The notes beneath the pieces are model-generated. The model saw nothing but the letters and a program-made list of their open reading frames with translations. It did not search any database and had not been told where the DNA came from. From an uncultured Candidatus Entotheonella sp. (GTDB lineage: Bacteria > Tectomicrobia > Entotheonellia > Entotheonellales > Entotheonellaceae), in assembly GCA_965215335.1 (NCBI GenBank), contig CBDCDA010000001.1, forward strand, positions 1,472,001-1,536,000: 64,000 nucleotides of DNA, in the 5' to 3' direction. Of the stretch, positions 1 to 10,933 are shown piece after piece (position 1 is the stretch's first letter; the number at the start of each line of letters is the position of its first letter). The position numbers were made by a program, and so were the translations under genes.

Positions 1-7
1 CCCCCTC

Positions 8-1375
8 TTGATGACGGAGAAGGACGACGTTGCCGGCGACAAACCGGGAGAGCCCCACCTCGTCAAAACCATTCCCATTCACTTTTCCGTGGTCGGCGAG
101 GCCGAGGAGGAAGACGTCAACCGCATTTTCGGACACGAAGGCAACCCCCGCTACTTTCACATCGGCCAACCGCTGGACATGGACACACCGGTCTGCATCG
201 ACCTGGAAAGCTTTATCGAGCGCAGCAACGGGATTTTCGGCAAGACGGGCACCGGCAAGACCTTCCTGACCCGCCTGATGCTGGCGGGCCTGATTCACAA
301 AGACCGCGCGGTCAACCTCATCTTCGACATGCACAGCGAATACGGCTGGCAGGCGACGCAGGAGTCCGGCAACGGCGGGCGGTTGGGATTCGTCAAGGGC
401 CTGAAACAACTCTTCGGCAGCAAGGTAGCTATCTTCACCATCGATCCCGAGTCGGCCCGGCGGCGTGGCGTGCAGAGCGATTTCGCCGTCAGAATCCCCT
501 ACAACCAGATCACCGTGGAAGACATCGCCTCCCTGTCGGACGAACTCAATCTGCACTCGACTGCGGTGGAATCGGCGTATTTGATCTGGAACAAACACGG
601 GCGCGAGTGGCTGTCCATCCTGCTTAGCCAGGAACCTGAGCAGGTCAAGGACTTTGCCGACGAAGTCGGAGCCCACCCGGAATCCATCTCGGCCCTTCAC
701 CGTAAGCTCAAGCGCCTGGAAAAGTTCGACTTTCTGCAAAAGCAGATACACGAGGACGCCGTCTACAAAATCATGGAATTCCTCGGCAAAGGCATGCATA
801 TCGTCCTGGAATTCGGCCAGCAAAGCAGCTTCTTGTGCTACATGCTCGTCGCCAACATCCTGACCCGCCGCATCCACGACCTCTACGTCAGGAAGACCGA
901 GCAATACCTCGCCACCCACCGGCCCCAAGACAAGCCGAAGCAGCTCATCATCACCATCGAAGAGGCGCACAAGTTCCTCAACCCGGCTGCCGCCCGGCAG
1001 ACCATCTTCGGCACCATCGCACGCGAAATGCGCAAGTATTTCGTCTCCCTGCTCATCGTCGATCAGCGGCCTTCCAGCATCGACGATGAAATCCTGTCGC
1101 AGGTGGGCACCCGCATCACCGCGCTGTTGAATGACGAAAAGGACATTGGCGCCGTGCTGACCGGCGTCAGCAACGCGAGCTGGCTGCGCGGCGTCCTGGC
1201 AAGCCTGGATTCCAAGCAGCAGGCCCTGCTCATGGGGCACGCCGTGCCGATGCCGGTCGTCATCCGCACGCGAGACTACAATCCCGCCTTATACAGCGCG
1301 CTGGGGTACGTGGAAGGCGAGGACCTGACCCGCAAGGCCGAGTCCAACATCGCGGATCTGTTCGGCGACCGGTAG
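8..1375 (+). CDS. herA: HerA/FtsK-family ATPase (DUF87); N-terminus probably lies upstream of the window
   Basis: Walker A GKTGTGKT, IFDMHSEY motif, Walker B IEEAH, REMRK and DQRPS motifs of HerA; directly upstream of SbcD/SbcC. Confidence 0.85.
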   Translation: MMTEKDDVAGDKPGEPHLVKTIPIHFSVVGEAEEEDVNRIFGHEGNPRYFHIGQPLDMDTPVCIDLESFIERSNGIFGKTGTGKTFLTRLMLAGLIHKDRAVNLIFDMHSEYGWQATQESGNGGRLGFVKGLKQLFGSKVAIFTIDPESARRRGVQSDFAVRIPYNQITVEDIASLSDELNLHSTAVESAYLIWNKHGREWLSILLSQEPEQVKDFADEVGAHPESISALHRKLKRLEKFDFLQKQIHEDAVYKIMEFLGKGMHIVLEFGQQSSFLCYMLVANILTRRIHDLYVRKTEQYLATHRPQDKPKQLIITIEEAHKFLNPAAARQTIFGTIAREMRKYFVSLLIVDQRPSSIDDEILSQVGTRITALLNDEKDIGAVLTGVSNASWLRGVLASLDSKQQALLMGHAVPMPVVIRTRDYNPALYSALGYVEGEDLTRKAESNIADLFGDR

Positions 1376-1404
1376 CACCACGCCGGAGAGGATGGCGTTT
1401 CGAC

Positions 1405-2637
1405 ATGCTCCACCTGCTACACCTCGCCGACATCCATTTTGGCATGGAGAACCACGGTCGCCTCGACCCCGCCAGCGGGCTGAACCGCCGCCTGCTCGAC
1501 TTCACTGGCTCGGTGCAGACGGCCATCGATTACGCCCTCGACCACGACGTTCATCTCGCCATTTTCGCCGGCGACATTTATAAGCACCGCGACCCCGATC
1601 CCTCCTGGCAGCGCGCCTTCGCCGGGTGTGTGCGGCGCCTGGCCGAGGCCGAAGTTCCCGTGGTGATCCTGGTGGGTAATCACGATCAGCCGAATACCCT
1701 CGGCAAAGCCCACGCCGTGGAAATCTTCGATACCCTGGGGCTGCCCCGCGTGACGGTCATCGGCAAGCCGGAGCTGCACACGATCGCGACAGCCACTGGA
1801 CCCGTCCAGGTTGCCGGCTTCCCCTACATGACGCGCAGCTTCATGCTGTCACGCGACCAGTACAAAGCGCTGTCGATCACGGATGCCCACCGGTTGATGG
1901 TCAAACAGGCCGAAGAAATCCTGCGTTCCCTGGCGGCGCAACTCGACCCCTCGCTGCCGGCCGTGCTCACCCTCCACGGCAGCGTCTCCAAGGCCATTCT
2001 CGGTTCCGAACAGAGCATCATGATGGTGGGACACGATCCGGTGATCCCGCTCAGCACCCTGACCAGCCCCGCCTGGGATTACGTGGCCTTGGGACATATT
2101 CATCGTCACCAGGACCTGCACGACGGAGCGCAACCGCCGGTGGTGTATGCGGGCAGCATCGAGCGCATCGACTTTGGCGAGGAACACGAAGACAAGGGTT
2201 TCGTGTGGGCGCAGATCGAAAAGGGACATACGACTTTCACCTTCATACCCGTACCGGCGCGGCGCTTCGTCACCCTGCGCCTTGACGCGCGAAACGGCGA
2301 CCCGCTTCAACTGCTGGAGAAGGAACTGACCGTACACGACATCGACGACGCCATCGTACGGGTCGTTGTCATCATGCCCGCCGACCACACCGCCCCCCTC
2401 GACGAGCGCCGGATGCGCGAACGCCTCCGCTCCGCCTATCTCGTCGCCGGCATCGTCAGGGATGAAGTGCGCGGTCCGGCGCGCACGCGCGATTCCGGCT
2501 TGACCGAAACCCTGGCGCCGCTGCAGGCCGTGGAGCGCTACCTGCAAAGCCGCCCGGAATACGCCGACCGCCAGCAGGCCCTTCTGGAGCGCACGCAACG
2601 ATTGCTCCGGGAAATGCAGGAGGAACTCCTGGCATGA
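1405..2637 (+). CDS. sbcD: SbcD/Mre11-like metallophosphoesterase nuclease
   Basis: ADIH, AGD, GNHD, LGHIH, YAGSIERIDFGE motifs; ATGA overlap with sbcC. Confidence 0.92.
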   Translation: MLHLLHLADIHFGMENHGRLDPASGLNRRLLDFTGSVQTAIDYALDHDVHLAIFAGDIYKHRDPDPSWQRAFAGCVRRLAEAEVPVVILVGNHDQPNTLGKAHAVEIFDTLGLPRVTVIGKPELHTIATATGPVQVAGFPYMTRSFMLSRDQYKALSITDAHRLMVKQAEEILRSLAAQLDPSLPAVLTLHGSVSKAILGSEQSIMMVGHDPVIPLSTLTSPAWDYVALGHIHRHQDLHDGAQPPVVYAGSIERIDFGEEHEDKGFVWAQIEKGHTTFTFIPVPARRFVTLRLDARNGDPLQLLEKELTVHDIDDAIVRVVVIMPADHTAPLDERRMRERLRSAYLVAGIVRDEVRGPARTRDSGLTETLAPLQAVERYLQSRPEYADRQQALLERTQRLLREMQEELLA

Positions 2638-5600
2638 TTCCGCTCAGCCTGCGACTGCGGAATTTCATGAGCTATGGCGAGCACGTGCCACCTCTCGATT
2701 TCACCCCCATCACCACCGCCTGCCTCACGGGCGACAACGGCCACGGCAAATCGGCCCTGCTGGACGCCATCACCTGGGCGCTCTGGGGCCAGACGCGCGC
2801 CAAAAGCCTGGATGACATCGTGCGCCTCGGCCAGGATGAATGCGAGGTCGAGTTCGTCTTCGACCTCGAGGGCGACCGCTACCGCGTGCTGCGCAAGCGC
2901 AGCCTGCGGACCCGCAGCGGCCTTTCGGCCCTCGAACTGCACGGCTTTGACCCGGCGACCCGGAGCTACCGCGCCCTGAGCGGCAACTCCATCCGCGAGA
3001 CCGAGGCCAAAATCGCCCAGATCCTGCACATGAACTACGACACGTTCGTCAACTCGGTGTTCATCCTGCAAGGCCGGGCCGACGAATTCACCACTCGGCG
3101 CCCGGGCGAACGCAAACGCATCCTGTCGGAAATACTGGGTTTGTCCGTCTTCGATGAACTCCAGAGCCGCGCCAGAATTCACCACGGCAGTCTGGACCAG
3201 GAAGCCAAAAGCATTGCCGAGCGGCTACACGAGTTGCAACAACAGGTCTCGCGCAAGGCCGAACTCGCCGCCGCCGCAGATGCCCACCGGGAAATGCTGA
3301 CCAGTTTGCAGGCCGAATTACAGAAAGCCCAGGAAAACCTGACGCGCTTGCAGCAACGCCAGAACGCTCTTGAACTGCAACAGCAGCGACTCCAGGACGT
3401 ATCCCGGCGCTTGCAGCAACTCCGGCAGGAACAGCATGATCTGGCACCGCAATTGCTTCTTCACCGGCAGCACCTCGCGGCCTATGAAGCCTTGTTGCAA
3501 CAGGAACAGGCCATCGCCGCCGCTTATCAGACGCTGCAACAACTCCGCGACCAGGAGAGGACATATGGCCAGCAGGCGGACGAATACGCAGCGCTGAACG
3601 AAGAGCGCACCAACCTGCAACACGCCGTCGCGTCGGCCCGCCAACGCCTCGACATCCAACTGCAGAACACCGAGCAGCGGGGTGCGGAAATCGACGCCAA
3701 ACGCCAGGCGTGCAAGGCCCTCGTGCAGGAGGAGCCGCGCATCGTTCAGACATACGAGGCATCGCAAGCGGCACGTCGACACGATGCGGAAATGGCTCAG
3801 ACGCTCCAACAGCGATACGTCCGGGAGCAGGAGAAGAGCCGGGTCGAATTGAACGTCCAGCAGAAACGGCACGCCCTGGAGTTGGAACAACGCTCCCTCC
3901 TGGACCGACAGAAAGAAGACCGGCGGAAGGAAGCCACGCTGCCGACCTGGCAGGTGCAGACGGAGCGGCTGCACCTGCAACTGGCCGATATCGAACAGCA
4001 GACGCTGCGCCTTGATCAGGTACGATCGACCGCTACGACGCTGACATTTCAACTCGACCATGCCCTGCCACAGCAGCACGACGCGCTGCGCACGGAAATC
4101 AGGGACCACGAGGGCAAACGTCTGCTGCTCGAAAGCGCCGGGGCGCATTGCCCGCTGTGCGAAAACGCCCTTACCGACCAGGAACGGCACCGCGTGATGA
4201 GGAAGTTGCAATTGGAAATCGAGCAGCGCGAGCAGCGTATTCGCGATATGCAGGGCGAGCGCCTGCAACTGCAGGCGCAGCAACAGGAACTACGCCTGAC
4301 GTCCACACAGTTGGAAGAGCAGATCGAACAGGGCAAGACGCTCACACAGCAGCTTGCCGCCGCGCAGGCCAACCTCGAGAAGGCCACACGCGCCCGCGAC
4401 CATTGCGCCGCGGTTTTGCAATCGTTGCAGGACATTGACGCCAGGCTCGCGTCGGGCGCCTACGCCCGCGAGGACTTGGCAAAGCTGGAACGGCTGAACC
4501 TCGAACTCGAACAACTGGCCTATGACCCGGAGGCCCACGAGGCATGGCGCAAAAAGCTGGCCCGTCTCGCCGAGGCCGAGACCCGGCACCTGCACTTGCA
4601 GCAGGCAAAAGCCGACCTGCTGACCTTGAACGACCAACGTCAGGAGCTGGACAGGCAACAGGCCACGCTGCGAGACGCCTTGACCGCAAACCGGTTCGCC
4701 CTCGCCGAACAGCAGGAACTCCAGGAAGTAGTCGCACGCCTTGAGGGTCTGGATTATCAGCCCGCACAGCACACCCTTCTACGCCGTAAGCTGCATGACC
4801 AGCAGGAGGTCGAACGCCAGTACGCGCAACTCGAAACCGCCCGCCAACACCTGAGCAAGACGCGCGCCGCCCTCCAGGGCCTCGAAGCCACGCGGGCACG
4901 CACCGAATCGGAAATCAGGGCACTGGAAGAAGACCGGCGGCGGTTCGAGCAAGAGGCGCAGTCCCTCGACGTAGTGCGCGCCGACGCCGCTACCACCGAG
5001 GACCTTGTGCGCACGCTACAGGAGAGGGGAGGGGAGACCCGCCTCGCCCTCGGCCGCAGCCAGTCGCAATATGAGGCGTGCCTGCAGCGGGAGGCCGAGT
5101 CAAAGGCACAACAGCAGCAACGCCAGCGCGTGGTGGCTGAACGGAAACTCTACGAAGACCTCGCCCGCATGTTCGGGAAGAACGGTATCCAGGCCATCAT
5201 GATCGAAAACGCCATACCCGAGCTGGAAGAAGAGGCCAATCGCATCCTCTCCCGGGTCAGCGACAACGCCATGCACGTAACGCTCGAGACGCAGCGCGAC
5301 ACCCGCGCCGGCGGTGTCGCCGAAACACTCGACATCAAAATCAGCGATGATCTGGGCACGCGCCATTACGAGCTGTTTTCCGGCGGCGAGGCGTTTCGCA
5401 TCAATTTTGCCCTGCGCATTGCGCTGTCCCGCATGCTGGCCCGGCGTGCCGGCGCCCGCCTCCGCACCCTGGTGATTGACGAGGGCTTTGGCACCCAGGA
5501 CAACCAGGGCCTCGAACGCCTGGTCGACGTCATCAAGGCCATCCGGGACGACTTCGCCAAAATCATCATCATTACCCATCTGCGCGAATTGAAGAACGCC

Positions 5601-5663
5601 TTCGAGACGCATATCGAGGTCACCAAGGACCCCGTGCTCGGCTCATCCTTCGAGGTGGTTTGA
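2634..5663 (+). CDS. sbcC: SbcC/Rad50 SMC-like ATPase
   Basis: Walker A GDNGHGKS, long coiled coil with CPLC zinc hook, signature FSGGE, Walker B IDEGFG, H-loop ITH. Confidence 0.93.
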   Translation: MIPLSLRLRNFMSYGEHVPPLDFTPITTACLTGDNGHGKSALLDAITWALWGQTRAKSLDDIVRLGQDECEVEFVFDLEGDRYRVLRKRSLRTRSGLSALELHGFDPATRSYRALSGNSIRETEAKIAQILHMNYDTFVNSVFILQGRADEFTTRRPGERKRILSEILGLSVFDELQSRARIHHGSLDQEAKSIAERLHELQQQVSRKAELAAAADAHREMLTSLQAELQKAQENLTRLQQRQNALELQQQRLQDVSRRLQQLRQEQHDLAPQLLLHRQHLAAYEALLQQEQAIAAAYQTLQQLRDQERTYGQQADEYAALNEERTNLQHAVASARQRLDIQLQNTEQRGAEIDAKRQACKALVQEEPRIVQTYEASQAARRHDAEMAQTLQQRYVREQEKSRVELNVQQKRHALELEQRSLLDRQKEDRRKEATLPTWQVQTERLHLQLADIEQQTLRLDQVRSTATTLTFQLDHALPQQHDALRTEIRDHEGKRLLLESAGAHCPLCENALTDQERHRVMRKLQLEIEQREQRIRDMQGERLQLQAQQQELRLTSTQLEEQIEQGKTLTQQLAAAQANLEKATRARDHCAAVLQSLQDIDARLASGAYAREDLAKLERLNLELEQLAYDPEAHEAWRKKLARLAEAETRHLHLQQAKADLLTLNDQRQELDRQQATLRDALTANRFALAEQQELQEVVARLEGLDYQPAQHTLLRRKLHDQQEVERQYAQLETARQHLSKTRAALQGLEATRARTESEIRALEEDRRRFEQEAQSLDVVRADAATTEDLVRTLQERGGETRLALGRSQSQYEACLQREAESKAQQQQRQRVVAERKLYEDLARMFGKNGIQAIMIENAIPELEEEANRILSRVSDNAMHVTLETQRDTRAGGVAETLDIKISDDLGTRHYELFSGGEAFRINFALRIALSRMLARRAGARLRTLVIDEGFGTQDNQGLERLVDVIKAIRDDFAKIIIITHLRELKNAFETHIEVTKDPVLGSSFEVV

Positions 5664-5722
5664 ACAACCCACGTTACGGGCTCTCTTTCGCTGACTCTCT
5701 TGAAACAGGAACGCGATTCCCC

Positions 5723-6484
5723 ATGGTTAACGGCAAAGTCTATCTCGTCGGCGCCGGGCCTGGCGCCGCAGACCTGCTGACCGTACGTGCCGTCAACGTA
5801 CTGGCGCGAGCCGAGATCGTCTTTCACGACGCGCTGATCAACGCGGATACGCTGGCGCATTGTGCCGCAGGCTGCGCCTTGGTGTCGGTCGGCACACGTG
5901 GCGGATTTCGTGTCCCCAACCGGCAAGAACGCATCCACGAACGACTGGCCGAGGCAGCTGGACGGTACGGCACGATCGTCCGACTCAAGGGCGGCGACCC
6001 ATGCGTTTTCGGCCGCGGAGGCGAGGAGATGGCGTTTCTCACCGCGCGCGGCATACCGTGGGAGGTCGTCCCCGGCATCAGCGCCGGCATTGGCGGGCTC
6101 TCGCTGCTCGGCTTTCCCGTGACGCACCGGGACGCCTCGTCCTCGGTGACGCTGCTGACCGGCAGCCACACGACCACCGGCACGTTTGACGAGTTGCCGT
6201 TGTCGGTGCCCCTCACGCCCTCCCAGACCCTGGTGTTCTACATGTCGTTCCAGCACATCGCCAACATCGCGCATACCCTGATGACGCGCGGCATGCCGCC
6301 GGAGACACCGGCCCTGTGCGCTTCCTGGCTGTCGTATCCGCATCAGACACTGCTCACGGCGCCGCTGTCGCAGATCGGCGATGCGGTCGTCGCTTCCACT
6401 CTGACGCCACCATCCTTGCTGGTCGTCGGCGCCGTCGTGGCGTTCTGGCAACGCCTGCAGGCTGGCCAAGACCAAGACGTGTGA
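5723..6484 (+). CDS. cobA: Uroporphyrinogen-III C-methyltransferase
   Basis: VYLVGAGPG, VRLKGGDPCVFGRGGEE, VVPGIS, PVTHRD motifs; ATG at 5723. Confidence 0.88.
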   Translation: MVNGKVYLVGAGPGAADLLTVRAVNVLARAEIVFHDALINADTLAHCAAGCALVSVGTRGGFRVPNRQERIHERLAEAAGRYGTIVRLKGGDPCVFGRGGEEMAFLTARGIPWEVVPGISAGIGGLSLLGFPVTHRDASSSVTLLTGSHTTTGTFDELPLSVPLTPSQTLVFYMSFQHIANIAHTLMTRGMPPETPALCASWLSYPHQTLLTAPLSQIGDAVVASTLTPPSLLVVGAVVAFWQRLQAGQDQDV

Positions 6485-8196
6485 GCGATGTCATGAATCA
6501 GCAACCCGTCAGCGCCATCTTTGACGAAATCGCCAATCTGATGGAACTGCGGCGGGACGACCCGTTTCGTATCCGCGCCTACCGACGGGCCGCACAGGCG
6601 CTGATGTCCATCCATGAGAGCATGGAGGTCATGGCGAAGCGTGGCGCTCTTGAAGATATTCCGGGCATTGGCAAGATCCTGGCCAGCGAAATCAATGAAC
6701 TCATCGACACCGGCCGGCTGCGTTATCACGACCACCTGAAAAGTACGGTGCCCGAGGGTCTGCCAGACCTGCTACGCCTCCCGAGCCTGACGATCCAGCA
6801 GGCGCGCACCTTGTGGCAGCAGCATCGGATCACCTCTCTGAAGCAACTGGCACAGGCTTACCGAGCCGACCGGACGCCCCTGGATGCAGCCACGCTCGCC
6901 GCCTTGGGCAGGGACCTCGCAGCCTGGGAACGGCACGAGAATCGCATGTTGCTCGGCATCGCCCGCCGGCGCGCCGAGGCCCTGGCGCAGAACCTCGCCA
7001 ATCTCTCGACGATTCAACAGATCGAGATTGCCGGCAGTATCCGCCGCGGCATGACCCTGGTGGGAGACATCAACATCGTCATGGGATCCGAGGACCCGGA
7101 GAAGCTGATCCGATATTGCCGTCGTCAGCCGGAAGTAACCCGGATTCTCGACAGCGGGCCGGCCTCGACGGTGATGCTCATCTCCGAGGGCCTGCGCGTC
7201 TCGCTCGTCGCCGTGTCGCCAGCGCAATTTGCCGCCGCCCTGCTGCTGAGCACGGGTTCCGGCGCCCATACAGCCGCGTTGCAGCAGCGGGCTCAACGTC
7301 ACGGCTGGCGTCTCGATGAGCGCGCCGCGGCAGCAGAAGCGGACCTGTACGAACTGCTGGGATTGCCGTTTATCGCTCCTGAATTGCGCGAGGGCCGCGG
7401 CGAGATCAAGGCAGCGGAAGCGAACGAGCTGCCGCGGCTCGTCTCACAGCAAGACGTGCTGGGCGATCTTCGCGTTGGCAGCCATTGGGGGGGCGGAGCC
7501 AACGGCCTGGACCAGATTGCCCAAGCCGCCCGGAAGATAGACTACCAATACGTGGCCATCTGCGATGCCGCCTACTCCGCTGCCACGGGCCGCGGGCTCA
7601 ACCCTGGCGAGCTCGAACAACAGATTGCCTCGATCGAGCTGATGAACGCCACCTTGCCGGACGATTTTCGCCTGCTGGCTGGCGTGGAAGTCGACATTTC
7701 GCCCGACGGCGACCTCCAGGCCCCAGCGGCGCTGCTACAGACTTGCGACATGGTGGTGGCCGCTGCGCGCACCGGCCTCAAAGAACCGCGTCGTCAACTG
7801 ACCCGCCGTTTGTGCAGGGCCATGGAGAATCCGCTCGTTCACGTCCTGGCGCCCCCGCCCGGGCGCCAGGCGAGTGACCGGGGGATGCCGTCCATCGACA
7901 TGGAAGCGATCCTGGAAACCGCGGTCGCCACCGACACTTGCCTGGAAATCAATAGCCACCCCCTGCGTCCCGGCCCGTTGGAGGTCCACATACGCCAGGC
8001 CCGAGACCGCGGCGTGATGCTCACCCTAGGCTCCGGCGCGCAGCGTATACGTGAGATGCCGTCCATGGCCTTGGGCGTGACGACAGCGCGCCGCGGTTGG
8101 GCCGAACCGCGGCACCTGCTCAATACCCGGCCCCTCCAGGAGGTGATGCAATTTCTAAATCGAAACTCACAGGGAAAGGTGTCCACAGCACCTTGA
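6481..8196 (+). CDS. polX: PolX/PHP-family protein with degenerate catalytic sites
   Basis: FRIRAYRRAA, HhH IPGIGK, GSIRRG, PELREGRGEI, LEIN and ARRGW motifs; start is GTG 6481 or ATG 6493. Confidence 0.88.
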   Translation: MSDVMNQQPVSAIFDEIANLMELRRDDPFRIRAYRRAAQALMSIHESMEVMAKRGALEDIPGIGKILASEINELIDTGRLRYHDHLKSTVPEGLPDLLRLPSLTIQQARTLWQQHRITSLKQLAQAYRADRTPLDAATLAALGRDLAAWERHENRMLLGIARRRAEALAQNLANLSTIQQIEIAGSIRRGMTLVGDINIVMGSEDPEKLIRYCRRQPEVTRILDSGPASTVMLISEGLRVSLVAVSPAQFAAALLLSTGSGAHTAALQQRAQRHGWRLDERAAAAEADLYELLGLPFIAPELREGRGEIKAAEANELPRLVSQQDVLGDLRVGSHWGGGANGLDQIAQAARKIDYQYVAICDAAYSAATGRGLNPGELEQQIASIELMNATLPDDFRLLAGVEVDISPDGDLQAPAALLQTCDMVVAAARTGLKEPRRQLTRRLCRAMENPLVHVLAPPPGRQASDRGMPSIDMEAILETAVATDTCLEINSHPLRPGPLEVHIRQARDRGVMLTLGSGAQRIREMPSMALGVTTARRGWAEPRHLLNTRPLQEVMQFLNRNSQGKVSTAP

Positions 8197-8198
8197 TC

Positions 8199-8267
8199 CG
8201 CGATCTCTGCATACGCACGCGCCGCGTCGCTGTCGAATGGCAGAATCCGGTTGGTGAAATCGTCATG
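8199..8267 (-). pseudogene. Fragment of a VapC/FitB-like PIN toxin
   Basis: Minus strand reads HDDFTNRILPFDSDAARAYAEIA, matching the RILPFDxxAAxxYA segment of VapC toxins; no complete ORF. Confidence 0.6.
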
Positions 8268-8306
8268 TCACGTAGCCTGACTCGCCGCCAGAAGAAATCA
8301 CCACCC

Positions 8307-8903
8307 TCAGAGGTCGTGCCGGCCTTCCAGCGAGCGGCTCAACGTGATTTCGTCCGCATACTCAAGATGCCCGCCGACCGGCAGGCCATGCGCGAGGCGC
8401 GTGAGACGGACGCCGTGGGGTTTCACGAGCCGGGCGAGGTAGAGGACGGTGGCTTCGCCCTCCGTGTTGGAATTGGTCGCACAGATGATTTCGCGGATGC
8501 CGCCCTGTTCGACCCGGGCCAACAAGGCATCAATCGTCAGTTGATCGGGCCCGATGCCGTCGAGCGGCGAAAGCGCGCCCATCAGGACATGGTACAACCC
8601 TTTGTAGACCCCGGTGCGCTCGATGAGAAACACGTCGCTCGGGTCCTCCACCACGCAGATGAGACCGCCGTCGCGCGACGGGTCGGTGCACAACGCGCAG
8701 GGGTCGACCTCCGTAATGCCGCGGCAACGTGAGCAAAAGATAATTTTCTCTTTCACTTCGACGATCGCTCGGGCGAGGCGCTGAGCACGCTCCTGGGGGG
8801 TTCGCAGGATAAAAAATGCGAGGCGCTGGGCGGTTTTCTCACCGACGCCGGGCAGGCGGCAAAGCTCTTCCGTCAGGGTGGAGAGCGTACGCGGTCGGAA
8901 CAT
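8307..8903 (-). CDS. recR: Recombination protein RecR
   Basis: LPGVGEKTAQRLAF, C4 zinc finger, Toprim EGEAT, LEYADEITL. Confidence 0.97.
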   Translation of the reverse strand: MFRPRTLSTLTEELCRLPGVGEKTAQRLAFFILRTPQERAQRLARAIVEVKEKIIFCSRCRGITEVDPCALCTDPSRDGGLICVVEDPSDVFLIERTGVYKGLYHVLMGALSPLDGIGPDQLTIDALLARVEQGGIREIICATNSNTEGEATVLYLARLVKPHGVRLTRLAHGLPVGGHLEYADEITLSRSLEGRHDL

Positions 8904-8923
8904 GCCAGATTCCCTGCGGCGGC

Positions 8924-9241
8924 TCAGAAGAGACCGGGGATTTTCATCCCGCCGGTCAGTTTGCTCATCTCGCCGGAAATCATCTCCTGAGACTTGCGCA
9001 GGGCTTCGTTAACGCCGGCCATAACAAGGTCTTCAAGCATTTCGATGTCGTCCGGGTCAACGACCTGCGGCTCGATCTTGAGGCGCAGGACCTCGTTTCT
9101 GCCGTTGACCGTGACCGAAACCATGCCACCGCCGACCGACGCTTCGACGGTCCGCTGGGCGAGCTCCTCTTGCATCCTGACCATCTTCTGCTGCATCTGC
9201 TGGGCCTGTTTGAACAGATTGCCCATGCCACCTTTCATCAT
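8924..9241 (-). CDS. ybaB: YbaB/EbfC nucleoid-associated protein
   Basis: [22 protein letters not shown]; lies between dnaX and recR; GAGGAG RBS before ATG 9241. Confidence 0.95.
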   Translation of the reverse strand: MMKGGMGNLFKQAQQMQQKMVRMQEELAQRTVEASVGGGMVSVTVNGRNEVLRLKIEPQVVDPDDIEMLEDLVMAGVNEALRKSQEMISGEMSKLTGGMKIPGLF

Positions 9242-9248
9242 GTGCTCC

Positions 9249-10892
9249 TCATCGAGGTACGGCTTGAAAGATATCCACGACAGCTTGCTTGAAGGCGAGT
9301 TTGCTCTGCTGCATGTCCTCCAAGGCGGAGTCATCGGAATCGGTTACGTCGGCCCCGGGCACCGCAGCGGTGCCCGGCTCTTCATCCGGTAGAGATTCCA
9401 CAACCACCTGAAAAACCGGCCCGAAAAGCTCCTGGGCGATTTCCCGGATGGCGGCGAGGTTTTCAGGCTCGCGCAATCTCGACAGATGGAACGCGTCGCG
9501 CTCGTGTATGCCGACCGTCAACTTGTTGTCCTGGTTGGAGACAACGGTGCCCTGTTCCAGACAACTCACCAACGAGGGGCGGCTCTGTGCAACGCGTTCC
9601 TGCAATATGTGCCAGGGGTCACCTTCGGATGCCGTCGGTGTCTCGTGTACCTCGGTGCCGGTCGATTCCACCGTCGGCGCCTTGTGCACCGCGTTCACGA
9701 CCGGCTCGGCCGCGGCGACAGGACAGGGCGTCATCGGCGACGGCGTGGCCTGCCCGTCACCATACCGTTGCAGGTAGTCCAACACCGATTGCAGCGGCTG
9801 CACCCGGCCGATGCAGGTCATGCGCACCAGCGCCATTTCGAGGACCAGCATCGGATTGCTGGCATAACGAAGCGACCCTTCCGCCGCCGACAGCGTGTGA
9901 AACTGCCCGTAAATCTCCTCCGTGCTGACTGCGTCCGCAACCCGGCGCAGCGCCATCATGTCTGACCCCGTCAGCGGGATCAAGCCCCCCGGCTGCGGCA
10001 CCGTCTTGAGCACAATGAGATGCCGCAACCCCTCCAGCAGCGCCTTCATGATGCCGCCGGCCTCGTAACCCTCCATCTGTAGCCGGCCGACGGTGCACAA
10101 AGCCGTTTCAACGTCCTGTCTGAACAGGGCGTCCAGACACACCACCAGCGGTTCACTACCTACCTGTCCAAGAAGCTGCCGAACGTCGTCATCCTGAATC
10201 TCCGTGCCGCAGAAGGCAATGACCTGATCGAGCAGGCTCTGGCCATCACGCATGCTGCCCTCAGCGGCGCGCGCGATATGCGCCAGGCTGGTCGGCGATA
10301 TGGTGAGGCCCTCGCTGTGCGCGATCGCGGCCAGTTGAGCGCAGAGACCCGCCAGCGAAACGCGCTTGAACTCGAACCGCTGGCAACGAGAGATAATGGT
10401 GAGGGGAATTTTTTCCAACTCGGTGGTGGCAAAAATGAACACGACGTGCGGCGGTGGCTCCTCGAGCGTTTTGAGCAGCGCGTTGAAGGCCTCCTTGGTC
10501 AGCATGTGGACTTCATCAATGATGTAGATCTTGTAGCGCCCACCAGACGGCAGGTAACGCAACTGCTCGCGCAGGTCGCGTATCTCGTCGATGCCGCGGT
10601 TGGAAGCGCCGTCGATCTCGATGATGTCCAGGTAGGAACCTTGCGCGATTTCCCGGCAGGATTGGCAGGCGTCGCACGGCTGAACGGTGGGACCTTGCTC
10701 GCAGTTGAGGGCCTTGGCCAGCAGCCGGGCCATGGTGGTTTTGCCGACGCCGCGGGTGCCCGAGAACAGGTAGGCGTGGGCGACGCGGCCAAGCTGGATG
10801 GCGTTTTTCAGGGTGCGGGTGACGTGCTGCTGCTCGACGATATCGTCAAAGGTCTGGGGACGCCATCTCCGTGCGGTGACCTGGTACCCCAT
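9249..10892 (-). CDS. dnaX: DNA polymerase III subunit gamma/tau
   Basis: [44 protein letters not shown]. Confidence 0.96.
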   Translation of the reverse strand: MGYQVTARRWRPQTFDDIVEQQHVTRTLKNAIQLGRVAHAYLFSGTRGVGKTTMARLLAKALNCEQGPTVQPCDACQSCREIAQGSYLDIIEIDGASNRGIDEIRDLREQLRYLPSGGRYKIYIIDEVHMLTKEAFNALLKTLEEPPPHVVFIFATTELEKIPLTIISRCQRFEFKRVSLAGLCAQLAAIAHSEGLTISPTSLAHIARAAEGSMRDGQSLLDQVIAFCGTEIQDDDVRQLLGQVGSEPLVVCLDALFRQDVETALCTVGRLQMEGYEAGGIMKALLEGLRHLIVLKTVPQPGGLIPLTGSDMMALRRVADAVSTEEIYGQFHTLSAAEGSLRYASNPMLVLEMALVRMTCIGRVQPLQSVLDYLQRYGDGQATPSPMTPCPVAAAEPVVNAVHKAPTVESTGTEVHETPTASEGDPWHILQERVAQSRPSLVSCLEQGTVVSNQDNKLTVGIHERDAFHLSRLREPENLAAIREIAQELFGPVFQVVVESLPDEEPGTAAVPGADVTDSDDSALEDMQQSKLAFKQAVVDIFQAVPR

Positions 10893-10933
10893 CGCTCTCT
10901 CCATCGGCTGCGGTGGACCACCATGCACAAGAC

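Noticed and set aside
9249..10892. Programmed frameshift in dnaX
   Set aside because: No A-AAA-AAG or long homopolymer slippery site was found
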